DNA from: Desulfocapsa sp.
GTDB lineage: Bacteria; Desulfobacterota; Desulfobulbia; Desulfobulbales; Desulfocapsaceae
Assembly (NCBI GenBank): GCA_022712975.1
Contig: JAFLJO010000072.1
Span: 1,294-65,293 of the forward strand
Length of the DNA stretch: 64,000 nucleotides
Direction: 5' to 3'
Shown piece after piece: positions 48,501 through 56,867 of this stretch. The translations under genes and the position numbers were made by a program. The notes beneath the pieces are model-generated. The model made no database searches, was not told the DNA's origin, and was given only the letters and a program-made list of their open reading frames with translations. Position 1 is the first letter of the stretch. Each line of letters begins with the position of its first letter.

Positions 48501-49887
48501 CGATGTCCTCCATTTTTACCCCAAGGGTTTCAAATGCGGATTCTTCAAGAAAGGATCCCGTTCCGGCGCTGCATGCTTCGTTCATCGCATAGTCCGAAGG
48601 CACACTGTTAGTGATATAAGTGTATTTGGCGTCCTGTCCGCCGATTTCAAACAAAGTGTCTACGGCAGGGTCAAAATATACGGCTGCACTTGCATGGGCA
48701 ATAATCTCATTTAATACACCATCTGTAAGAGCATGGAGACCGGCTATCTGGCGACCGGAACCGGTAACTCCAAGGCCTGTAATAGATATTTCAGATGGAT
48801 CTGTTTTACTTATTACCTGTTTGAGAATTGAATCATAGCATTGACAGGAAGCACCCACAGGATCTCCGTTTGTACGCAGATATACGGATGCACAGAGTGC
48901 ATTGTCATCTGTTCGTAATAAAACCGCCTTGGTAGTAGTTGAACCCACGTCAAGTCCCAGGATGTATTTATCACCTGCGCGAACTTCAGCGGTTTCCATG
49001 GTTTTAAATTCAACCATGTTTTTAAAATTGCGAAGGGGAGAAAGAGTGTCGAATGGCGCAACTTCAGACAGGAAAAGGTTTGATAACCCTGGAAATGGAT
49101 CTGTTTTATTGTCAAGTGCCCAAAGAGCTACGCCTAGTGCTTCAAAATAAGGTGCCTGCTCTGGAACGATAAGCCCGGGAATTTCACGATACAGATACTC
49201 AACCATCATTTGATTAAGGGCGGTTCCGCCTGTGAGCATGATGTTTTGCCGCTTAACTTTTTTGAGCAGTTCCAGAACCTTGCCCGCCATCATTTTGCAA
49301 AGCCCTGCGGTCACCCTTGATCTGGGGATACCTTTATTGGTTGCATGGGTGCAGTCAGATTTGCAGAAAACAGAACATCGCCCTGAAACATGATATGGTT
49401 CCTGGGCAGTAGCCCACTGAGCTGCATCTTCAAGGGATACATTCATTCTGCGCAATTGCTGAAGAAAAAATTCTCCGGTCCCGGAGGCGCACTTGTTGCC
49501 AGTTACAACATTCGATATTTTGCCTGCATTGTCTAAAGTGTAAGCCATGAATGTTTCGCCGCCGGCTGAAACAACGGCAGGACATGAAATGTCGTCTGGT
49601 TTGACAAACTGATAAGCATATTCCACAGCCTGGGGTTCCGGTATGGTTGATAAATTTACGAGTTTGCAGAATTTACGGCCGGTTGCAGCGATTTTGTCAA
49701 ATGAGGCAAGGTCATACTGATTTAAAACCGAAAGCAAAGTATCCTTTGGGTTTCCCTCATGAAGATGAACCGAATTAGTAACAATGCGTGGTTTTTCACT
49801 TTCCGGAGACAGTTCAATTTCAACAGCAGCTACTGTGGATGCTCCAAGATTCAGGCCAAGTGCTTTTATTTTTTGTGTTTTTTTCAT
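45532..49887 (-). CDS. giant acyl-CoA dehydratase activase-related fusion protein (2x BcrAD/BadFG/HgdC-type ASKHA ATPase + DUF2229-like C-terminal regions)
   Basis: Two ATPase modules (LGLNLGASTV...CASGTGEF and LGLDVGSTTTKAV...ACSAGTGSF) are followed by about 800 aa of activase-associated domains. Confidence 0.75.
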   Translation of the reverse strand: MKKTQKIKALGLNLGASTVAAVEIELSPESEKPRIVTNSVHLHEGNPKDTLLSVLNQYDLASFDKIAATGRKFCKLVNLSTIPEPQAVEYAYQFVKPDDISCPAVVSAGGETFMAYTLDNAGKISNVVTGNKCASGTGEFFLQQLRRMNVSLEDAAQWATAQEPYHVSGRCSVFCKSDCTHATNKGIPRSRVTAGLCKMMAGKVLELLKKVKRQNIMLTGGTALNQMMVEYLYREIPGLIVPEQAPYFEALGVALWALDNKTDPFPGLSNLFLSEVAPFDTLSPLRNFKNMVEFKTMETAEVRAGDKYILGLDVGSTTTKAVLLRTDDNALCASVYLRTNGDPVGASCQCYDSILKQVISKTDPSEISITGLGVTGSGRQIAGLHALTDGVLNEIIAHASAAVYFDPAVDTLFEIGGQDAKYTYITNSVPSDYAMNEACSAGTGSFLEESAFETLGVKMEDIAQIALEGKNPPNFNDQCAAFIASDIKNAIHEGARHDDIVAGLVYSICMNYSNRVKGNRPVGEKVFMQGGVCYNKAVPLAMAALVGKPIIVPPMPGLMGAFGVALEVNKRIETGLMEEKCFDLQVLANREVLYKKPFTCKGAKQKCDLRCEIAVIELEGKKYPFGGACNRYYNLRHDVNYSIEKLDLVRIRQQLIFGKYGGKFTAEKGTPCKGTIGINRSFLVNTYYPLYSTFFTELGFEPVIADHPSQEGIDLRNAPFCYPAELSHGFFHSLLTMKHPVDFLFLPHFKSIPVDNGDTGSQSQVCPFVQGETFYLQTTFSKELEELKKKGTKLLTPLLDLQSGLEKAEKPLLETAAKMGVSRKTAKIAFAKALAQQTKCLAEMKEIGKKALLELETDPKKKAVVIFCRSYNGFVQEAHMGIPRKLASRGILCIPFDFLSFEDEKSKRHMYWGTGQKILKAARFVKKHPQLFGTFVTNFSCGPDSFVIGYFRKIMGRKPSLTLELDSHTADAGLETRIEAFLDITCAYRQLVSQKQIPFKKQIFQSARIALNDGVAKVMTSSGEELAITDPRVTMLLPSMGKIATELLTAVFCGFGINAKGHAPSDEKILKLGRGNTSCKECLPLILTTGTLLNYIQNKRKKDEVLVYFMATGSGPCRFGQYSVFMEDLIKRLEIPDVALLSLTSENSYMGMEKGFERKAFWAIIISDVMEDIRSMILANATDTDSAMQTFDTELTLISGKLERGNFSQLAKQLAQTADRLGEIPVKRPSGEVPVISLTGEIFVRRDPLSRQFLIERLAEKGFASICSPVSEWIHYSDYLVEKGLSDYQMTKMEKLLFFIRKKFMAKDEKHIKSILSRSGLVHSKPINIKSIINNGKPYISENLTGEAILTVGSSLSEIAVDSCGVIAIGPFGCMPNRLAESILNETMNREEKMKTDPENKRLRFILAETEDLPFLAIESDGSPFPQLITAKLEAFCLRAERLHKRMLMDG

Positions 49888-50001
49888 GTTTCCTTTACAA
49901 ATTCTTTATGTTTTTTCCAATAGAGCTAACGAACCATCCTTTCAGGGGATGTATGACTCTCTATTGGGATTGACAGTGCGACAGAGCTGTAAAAACGAAA
50001 G

Positions 50002-50808
50002 TTACAGCGTCTGTTCAGGCTGTCGGTTGATTTCTCTGTTTCTATTTTTTTCAATGACTATAAAGTTGAGCGTACTATGTACTGTCATAAGAGGAAAAAT
50101 CATGGCTATCAAAAAAATGTTTAAGACCGGAACCAGACCGACAAGTGCCGGAAAAATGCCTAAACGAAATGCCTGTTTGGCGTGGGTTCGCAGCCAGGAA
50201 ATTTTTTGTCCAAGGCTCCAACGTCTCCGGGAACTCGGATAATCCACAAACATCAGGGCTGAGTAATAGGTGTAAAGAAGCAATACAACAACCTGCCCCA
50301 CAACGGGAATAAAATTGGCCATTAGTGCTACAATTGTCACCAGTATCCCGAGAAAGCCAATCTTGAATCCTTCCAATAGATCAATCAGTATTCCTTTAAT
50401 ATTCAGAGCTGCATCCGGTTCAAAATTTTCTCCTGCATGTTTTTTCTCTGTTGCAGTGCTTAAAAAAACATACCCCGGAGCCGTGAGGCTGTACGCAAGA
50501 AGAAAAGCCAGATAAAATGCGACAATACGACTGATGATCAAGAATCCCCAATGCATGACTTCCCAACCCAGATACTTTGTCCAGCCCCAGATGCCGACTG
50601 CTTCAGGCTGGGTGAGGAAAAAACTCCCGGTTAAGCTATCTACAAAATCAACGGTGAGAACATAGCCGATCCAGGTAAAGACTATGGTGACCAGAGTCAG
50701 GATGACGCTCCAGCCTAGTAACCGTTTGGAACGTATAAGGAAAGCAAAGGAGTAGGAAAGTGGAATCCACTTGGGCACTGCTGAAATTTGTTGTGTAGAA
50801 CTATTCAT
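50002..50808 (-). CDS. EI24/CysZ-like integral membrane protein
   Basis: 268 aa, about 6 TM segments. The overall pattern resembles the EI24/CysZ (DUF540) family. Recognised from memory only. Confidence 0.45.
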   Translation of the reverse strand: MNSSTQQISAVPKWIPLSYSFAFLIRSKRLLGWSVILTLVTIVFTWIGYVLTVDFVDSLTGSFFLTQPEAVGIWGWTKYLGWEVMHWGFLIISRIVAFYLAFLLAYSLTAPGYVFLSTATEKKHAGENFEPDAALNIKGILIDLLEGFKIGFLGILVTIVALMANFIPVVGQVVVLLLYTYYSALMFVDYPSSRRRWSLGQKISWLRTHAKQAFRLGIFPALVGLVPVLNIFLIAMIFPLMTVHSTLNFIVIEKNRNREINRQPEQTL

Positions 50809-50952
50809 GGGAGAGATAATATGACATTAATTGGCTTGAGTAAAGGGTGGATCTGTTCTTTTACAATAGATGTGAGTATGCTAAGTCATTTCGTTCTCGT
50901 TCTTAAGGCTCTGATGGTAAACATTTTTCTTGATTAAAGACAGGGAAGCAAA

Positions 50953-52317
50953 ATGGCAAAAAAACAGGAAGCAGCATTTGTCTGTACAGATTGCGGTGCA
51001 GATTACAGTCGCTGGCTGGGTCAATGCAGTGCATGTAAAGAGTGGAATACCGTAAAAGAAGTACGTTTGGGAAAAAGTCTCGTTAGTGGGCGGACTGTTG
51101 GTTATAGCGGTAAACGAACCACCGTACAACTTCTCTCTGAAGTTGATCGTAGCCGTGCCGAGCGAATTTCCACAGGAATTTCTGAGTTTGACCGGGTACT
51201 GGGGCGCGGGATTGTGTGTGGATCGGTTGTACTTATTGGTGGCGCACCGGGTGCCGGAAAATCAACCCTTCTTCTTCAGGCACTTGCAAGAGGTGCGGTG
51301 TCAGGGGTTCCTGCGCTGTATGTTTCCGGTGAAGAATCTCCGCAGCAGATTGCAGAACGTGCTGATCGCCTTGAATTACCTACAAATACCATCAAGATGC
51401 TGGCTGAAACATCGGTTGAAGAGATCTGTAAAGTGATGGATAAGGAGCAGCCGCAGGTGGTGGTGATTGATTCTATCCAGGTTGTACATTCACGATCATC
51501 AGAATCCGCTCCAGGCTCTATTTCTCAAGTCCGGGAGTCTGCGGCAATTCTCACCCGTTATGCCAAAGAGACCAATACTTCAATTTTTATGGTTGGCCAT
51601 GTGACGAAAGACCACTCCCTGGCCGGTCCCATGACACTGAGCCACATTGTGGATGCCCAGGTGGTACTCTCATCCACCGATGATGCCAGATATCGTATTT
51701 TGCGAGCCGATAAAAATCGGTTTGGCAGTGTGGGAGAGCTTGGTTTTTTTGCCATGACAGATCGTGGCTTGAAAGAGGTGAAGAATCCGTCTGCCATGTT
51801 TCTTTCCAGGTCTGGCACGCCGTCATCAGGAAGCGCAGTGACCGTGGTCTGGGAAGGTACCCGGCCATTGCTTGTTGAGATTCAGGCTTTAGTTACTGAA
51901 AGCCAGTCAGGGAACCCCAGACGCCTTGCAGTGGGTATGGATCAGAACAGGATTGCCATGCTGCTTGCCGTTCTTGCAAAACATGGTGGTCTTGCAACTG
52001 CCAGCGATGAAGTGTACGTAAATGTTGTGGGAGGTATCCGGGTGTCTGAGACAAGTTCCGATCTTGCTGCAATGGTGGGTATTGTTTCCAGCTTGCAGGA
52101 CAGGGTTATCCCTCAGGATTCGCTCTTTTTTGGTGAGATTGGCTTGAGTGGTGAAATCAGGCCGGTTGCCAATGGGGAAGCCAGATTGAAAGAGGCTGCA
52201 AAACATGGGTTTAAGCGGGCGGTGATACCAAAGGCCAATGCTCCGCAACAACCCGTTAAGGGCCTTGAGATTGTTGCTGTGGCGAGCTTGGTTGAAGCCC
52301 TGGAAGCATTGTATTAA
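50953..52317 (+). CDS. radA: DNA repair protein RadA/Sms
   Basis: Zinc finger CTDCGA...CSAC, Walker A GAPGAGKST, the KNRFG motif, and a Lon-like C-terminal domain. Confidence 0.95.
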   Translation: MAKKQEAAFVCTDCGADYSRWLGQCSACKEWNTVKEVRLGKSLVSGRTVGYSGKRTTVQLLSEVDRSRAERISTGISEFDRVLGRGIVCGSVVLIGGAPGAGKSTLLLQALARGAVSGVPALYVSGEESPQQIAERADRLELPTNTIKMLAETSVEEICKVMDKEQPQVVVIDSIQVVHSRSSESAPGSISQVRESAAILTRYAKETNTSIFMVGHVTKDHSLAGPMTLSHIVDAQVVLSSTDDARYRILRADKNRFGSVGELGFFAMTDRGLKEVKNPSAMFLSRSGTPSSGSAVTVVWEGTRPLLVEIQALVTESQSGNPRRLAVGMDQNRIAMLLAVLAKHGGLATASDEVYVNVVGGIRVSETSSDLAAMVGIVSSLQDRVIPQDSLFFGEIGLSGEIRPVANGEARLKEAAKHGFKRAVIPKANAPQQPVKGLEIVAVASLVEALEALY

Positions 52318-52358
52318 AGATGGATTCCTGAAAACTGCTAATCTAAAGGAGTATGGGG

Positions 52359-52520
52359 ATGGATTTTAAAGAGCACTTAAAATTTTCTGAAATGCGTCTC
52401 TTAAATATAGATCTCTTTGCGGCCATCAAAGAGTCCTGGGATATGGCAGTGACAAAACCGCCTGGTGATCAAATTGTTATACATTCTCCCCACTTTTTTC
52501 TGCTTACAGGAAAGAATTAG
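52359..52520 (+). CDS. small ORF (53 aa) at the left edge of the R-M island, unknown or truncated
   Basis: AAGGAG RBS 7 nt upstream. Too short for the ORF track, and no family is recognised. Confidence 0.25.
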   Translation: MDFKEHLKFSEMRLLNIDLFAAIKESWDMAVTKPPGDQIVIHSPHFFLLTGKN

Positions 52521-52546
52521 AAAAATATAGAAACAGGAAATATCAG

Positions 52547-54097
52547 ATGACAAGCACAACTCAAAGAGCCGAACTACAAGCTCAAATTTGGAAAATAGCA
52601 AATGATGTTCGTGGATCAATCGATGGTTGGGACTTTAAACAGTATGTACTCGGCACTCTCTTCTATCGCTTTATCAGTGAAAACTTTTCCGGCTACATTG
52701 AAGCAGATGAGATAAGTGTCAATTATGCAGAACTTCCCGACACTGTCATCACCGATGAGATAAGAGATGATGCCATTAAAACCAAAGGTTACTTCATCTA
52801 CCCAAGTCAGCTTTTTTTCAACATCGCCAAAAATGCCAATGATAACGAAAATCTCAACACCGATTTAGCCGCAATATTCTCAGCTATTGAAGGTTCTGCT
52901 AACGGCTACCCCTCAGAAGTTGACATCAAAGGACTCTTTGCCGATTTTGACACAACAAGTAACCGCCTCGGTAATACAGTAACAGATAAAAACAGTCGTC
53001 TTGCAGCAGTTCTTAAAGGTGTTGAAGGGATAAGTTTTGGTGCGTTTCAAGAGAATCAAATTGATCTCTTCGGCGATGCCTATGAATTTCTTATCTCAAA
53101 CTATGCAGCCAATGCGGGAAAATCGGGAGGTGAGTTTTTTACTCCTCAAAGTGTGTCAAAACTCATTGCTCAAATAGCAATGCACAAGCAAAGCACCGTG
53201 AATAAAATTTACGACCCGGCAGCAGGTTCTGGCTCTCTGCTCCTTCAAGCTAAAAAACACTTTGATGCCCACATCATTGAAGATGGTTTTTGGGGGCAGG
53301 AGATTAACCACACCACCTACAACCTTGCTCGCATGAATATGTTTCTGCACAATATCAACTACGACAAGTTTAATATTGCTCTTGGAAATACTCTCATAGA
53401 TCCTCAGTTTGGTGATGATAAACCTTTTGATGCCATCGTATCAAACCCACCTTATTCAGTTAAATGGATCGGCACCGATGACCCAACTCTTATCAATGAT
53501 GATCGTTTTGCTCCTGCGGGTGTCTTAGCACCAAAATCAAAAGCGGACTTTGCTTTTGTACTCCACGCTCTCAGTTATCTATCAAGTAAAGGAAGAGCGG
53601 CCATTGTCTGCTTTCCTGGTATCTTTTACCGAGGTGGAGCGGAACGGAAAATCCGTAAATATCTCATTGATAACAACTATATTGAAACAGTAATATCTTT
53701 AGCCCCAAACCTCTTCTTTGGAACCTCTATTGCTGTTAATATTCTCGTCCTCTCCAAGCATAAGAGCGACAATAAAACGCAGTTTATCGATGCCAGTGGT
53801 GTAGGGTTCTTCAAAAAAGTAACCAATAACAATGTGCTCACCGAGAGCCACATTGAATCGATCATAAACACCTTCGATAGTAAAGAAGATGTTGAATATG
53901 TTGCGATCTCAATGGACTCAGATGCTATCGCTGAAAACGATTATAACCTCTCTGTAAGCTCTTATGTGGAGGCTAAAGATATCCGTGAGAAGATTGATAT
54001 CACTGTGCTCAATGCAGAGATTAAAGCCACCGTCGCTAAAATCGACCAGCTGAGAACTGATATCGAGAAGATTGTCGAAGAAATTTCTGGAGCTTGA
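52547..54097 (+). CDS. hsdM: Type I restriction-modification system methyltransferase subunit
   Basis: HsdM N-terminal domain ([29 protein letters not shown]), SAM motif [11 protein letters not shown] and catalytic NPPY (SNPPYS). Confidence 0.95.
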   Translation: MTSTTQRAELQAQIWKIANDVRGSIDGWDFKQYVLGTLFYRFISENFSGYIEADEISVNYAELPDTVITDEIRDDAIKTKGYFIYPSQLFFNIAKNANDNENLNTDLAAIFSAIEGSANGYPSEVDIKGLFADFDTTSNRLGNTVTDKNSRLAAVLKGVEGISFGAFQENQIDLFGDAYEFLISNYAANAGKSGGEFFTPQSVSKLIAQIAMHKQSTVNKIYDPAAGSGSLLLQAKKHFDAHIIEDGFWGQEINHTTYNLARMNMFLHNINYDKFNIALGNTLIDPQFGDDKPFDAIVSNPPYSVKWIGTDDPTLINDDRFAPAGVLAPKSKADFAFVLHALSYLSSKGRAAIVCFPGIFYRGGAERKIRKYLIDNNYIETVISLAPNLFFGTSIAVNILVLSKHKSDNKTQFIDASGVGFFKKVTNNNVLTESHIESIINTFDSKEDVEYVAISMDSDAIAENDYNLSVSSYVEAKDIREKIDITVLNAEIKATVAKIDQLRTDIEKIVEEISGA

Positions 54098-54100
54098 GTA

Positions 54101-55147
54101 ATGAGTAAAAATAAAAAACAAGTTCCTGCAATTCGCTCATCCGCTGCTGAATATCTAAGCTTTATTGCGTCTAGTGGCGAAGGCGGAGTAGAAGCCATTT
54201 ATGCGAGTGAGAATATTTGGTTGACCCAGAAGATGATGGGGGAGCTCTATCAGGTGGATGTAAGAACCATAAATTACCACCTAAAGAAGATATTCAATGA
54301 TAATGAATTGGAAGAGTATTCAGTTATCCAGGATTTTCGGATAACTGCCTCAGATGGTAAAAATTACAAGACTAAGCATTACAATCTGCCGGCTATTATT
54401 GCGGTGGGCTATAAAGTGAACTCTGAGCGTGCTGTGCAGTTCCGTAAATGGGCTACCACTATTATCAAAGAGTACACAATCAAAGCCTATGTCATGGATG
54501 ATGAACGCCTTAAAAACGATGGTACAATCCTTGGCAAAACATACTTTGAAGAACAACTTGAGCGAATCCGTGAAATACGCCTCAGTGAGCGTAAATTTTA
54601 CCAAAAAATGACCGACATTTACGCAACCGCCATTGATTATGATGTAACCGCAACAGCCACTAAACGTTTTTTTTCCACTGTCCAGAACAAATTGCACTGG
54701 GCTATTCACGGTCAAACCGCTGCAGAGGTGGTATATGATCGTGCCGACGCCAAACAAAACGATATGGGCTTAACATCATGGAGAGATGCTCCAGAAGGCA
54801 AAATCCAAAAATTTGATGTGAACATAGCAAAAAATTATCTGAGCAGTAACGAAATCGCCCAATTACAAAGGCTCGTTTCTGCCTATCTGGACATTGCCGA
54901 AGATATGGCTCTACGCAAAATCCCCCTGACCATGCAAGACTGGGAAATACGATTGAACAAATTTATCGAAGCCACAGATCGCGAAATATTACAGGATGCT
55001 GGAAAAGTCACCGCTGAACTAGCCAAAGATCATGCGCTCAGTGAATTTGAAAAATATCGTATTGTGCAGGATCGTCTGTTTGAAAGTGATTTTGATAAAG
55101 TGATGAAGAAAATCGAAGCCTCTAAAAACAAAGAGGGTAAATCATGA
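54101..55147 (+). CDS. rhuM: RhuM-family protein (passenger gene in the R-M operon)
   Basis: The blocks YNL.AIIAVGYKVNSERAVQFRKWAT, MDDERLKN, LSERKFYQK.TDIYAT and VQNKLHWAIHGQTAAE are characteristic of RhuM. Confidence 0.85.
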   Translation: MSKNKKQVPAIRSSAAEYLSFIASSGEGGVEAIYASENIWLTQKMMGELYQVDVRTINYHLKKIFNDNELEEYSVIQDFRITASDGKNYKTKHYNLPAIIAVGYKVNSERAVQFRKWATTIIKEYTIKAYVMDDERLKNDGTILGKTYFEEQLERIREIRLSERKFYQKMTDIYATAIDYDVTATATKRFFSTVQNKLHWAIHGQTAAEVVYDRADAKQNDMGLTSWRDAPEGKIQKFDVNIAKNYLSSNEIAQLQRLVSAYLDIAEDMALRKIPLTMQDWEIRLNKFIEATDREILQDAGKVTAELAKDHALSEFEKYRIVQDRLFESDFDKVMKKIEASKNKEGKS

Positions 55148-55248
55148 GTAATACAAAAATTATAAAACCACTGAGTACGCCGAAAAATGACTTTATGGAA
55201 AAATTGCTTGACCTGTCTGCCTGCCTGCCTGTCGGACAGACAGGTTGA
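55144..55248 (+). pseudogene. hsdS 5' stub (duplicate of the 56864 hsdS start, frame broken inside the palindrome)
   Basis: MSNTKIIKPLSTPKNDFMEKLLDLSACLPVGQTG*. Out of frame after the palindrome it reads VEWKSLGE*. Confidence 0.7.
55211..55245. repeat. hsdS palindrome copy 1 (ACCTGTCTG-CCTGCCTGCCTGTCGGA-CAGACAGGT, three GCCT units)
   Basis: Read directly. Confidence 0.9.
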
Positions 55249-55272
55249 ATGGAAGAGTCTGGGGGAATAACG

Positions 55273-55843
55273 ATGACACAAAAAGAGTCCATAAAAGTTT
55301 TTGAAGATCGTAAAATTCGTTCACTTTGGGATGATGATACGGAAGAGTGGTATCTTTCCGTAGTTGATATTGTGGCGGCATTAACAGATAGCGTAAACCC
55401 TGCTGCCTATTGGCGTAAGCTTAAAGAGCGTTTGAACAAAGAGGGAAATCAAAGCGTGACAGATTGTCACGCTTTCAAAATGAGAGCTACTGACGGTAAA
55501 ATGCGGAAAACCGATTGTGTTGCAACAGAACAGCTTTTCCGTCTCATTCAATCCATTCCCTCACCCAAAGCAGAACCGTTTAAACTGTGGATGGCACAAG
55601 TACAAAAAGTTCAAAGGGCTCAAAAAAGAGAACTTGCGAGACAATATGACCAACAAAGAGCTGATTCTGAATATGCTTGCAGAACTATCCACCATAGAAA
55701 TCTCTGAAGCAAATGACCCTGAAACATTTGAGCAACACAAAGAGACTGCACAGCAAGGTGGTGAAATCGCTCGCAATGCACGGTTGGAGCTGGAAACAAA
55801 AACCAGAAAAAAGGTTGTATCCTCGCTTAGGAACGGGAGCTAA
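55273..55843 (+). pseudogene. DinD/Bro-N-family gene with an internal deletion and frameshift, 3' end interrupted by an F2 element
   Basis: The N-terminal part MTQKESIKVFEDRKIRSLWDDDTEEWYLSVVDIVAALTDS...SIPSPKAEPFKLWMAQV joins out of frame to YKKFKGLKKENLRDNMTNKELILNMLAELSTIEIS...KKVVSSL. The stop codon is supplied by the F2 terminus. Confidence 0.7.
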
Positions 55844-55986
55844 ATAACTTGAACAATAAATTAACGGTTTTTGTTGTTGTATTCGAGGCGCGAGGAGCGA
55901 GCATAATGGGTTATGTGAGCAACGAGCAACGAAAAAGACAGCAACAAAAAACGTTCATTTGTTCAAGTTATTTAGTGTACGTTCCT
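55829..55986 (-). repeat. F2 element, complete copy in inverted orientation with a different interior
   Basis: The termini AGGAACGGGAGCTAAATAACTTGAACA ... TGTTCAAGTTATTTAGTGTACGTTCCT are identical to the two ends of 32602-32761. It has TTA flanks. The interior hairpin is ACGGTTTTTGTTGTTGT / ACAGCAACAAAAAACGT. Confidence 0.8.
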
Positions 55987-56042
55987 TAGTGCCAAAGGTG
56001 GGATTCTTTTAGATCTCCCGGAGAATACAAAGGAGATTGAAA

Positions 56043-56867
56043 ATGACTAAGAGTAAAAAAATAAATGTTCAAGGCAGTGAAATAACTGTGATAGCAACCA
56101 GGAAAGAAAACTACATATCATTAACCGATATGGTTCGTGACATTGAAAATGGTCTAGTACTTATCGAAAAATGGTTAAGAAACAAGAACACCATAGAATT
56201 TCTTGGTATTTGGGAGGAGATATACAATCCAGATTTTAATTCCCCCGAATTCGAGGGAATTAAAAATCAGGCCGGTTTAAATAGATTCGCCCTTTCAGTT
56301 AAACAATGGGTTCATAAAACTAAATCCATAGGTATTGTTGCCAAGGCTGGTAGATATGGAGGAACATATGCACATAAAGATATAGCCTTTGAGTTCGCTT
56401 CATGGATATCACCAAAATTCAAGATCTACCTAATTAAGGAGTTTCAGCGTCTCAAAGAAGATGAGCAAAAAGAGCTCGGTTGGGATATTCGTCGGAATCT
56501 CACAAAAATCAATTACCGTATTCACACAGATGCTATTAAAGAAAATCTTATTCCTACAGAACTAAACAAACAGCAAACAAATTTTGTTTACGCCTGTGAA
56601 GCAGATCTTTTGAATATGGCCCTTTTTGGAAAAACAGCTAAACTGTGGCGAGATGAAAACCCAGGAGAAAAAGGTAATATTCGAGATTATGCCAATATGT
56701 CGCAGCTTGTTTGTCTCGCCAACCTTGAAACCCTCAATGCTCATCTGATTCAGCAGAAACTACCGCAACCCGAACGGCTGAGGCTGTTGAATAGCACTGC
56801 AATCTATCAAATGCGTTTGCTCACCAATGATAGCGGTATTACAAAATTAGAAGGCGGGAAATCATGA
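56043..56867 (+). CDS. KilA-N domain protein (passenger gene in the R-M operon)
   Basis: The N-terminal INVQGSEITVIATRKENYISLTDM...WLRNKNTIEFLGIWE pattern is KilA-N. AGGAG RBS upstream, and its stop overlaps the hsdS ATG (ATGA). Confidence 0.7.
   Translation: MTKSKKINVQGSEITVIATRKENYISLTDMVRDIENGLVLIEKWLRNKNTIEFLGIWEEIYNPDFNSPEFEGIKNQAGLNRFALSVKQWVHKTKSIGIVAKAGRYGGTYAHKDIAFEFASWISPKFKIYLIKEFQRLKEDEQKELGWDIRRNLTKINYRIHTDAIKENLIPTELNKQQTNFVYACEADLLNMALFGKTAKLWRDENPGEKGNIRDYANMSQLVCLANLETLNAHLIQQKLPQPERLRLLNSTAIYQMRLLTNDSGITKLEGGKS

Noticed and set aside
54101-56867. KilA-N, Bro-N/DinD and RhuM genes as evidence of a prophage
   Set aside because: No integrase, repressor, structural, lysis or att-like features are present. 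The genes lie in line within the hsdM-hsdS-hsdR operon with overlapping stops and starts.
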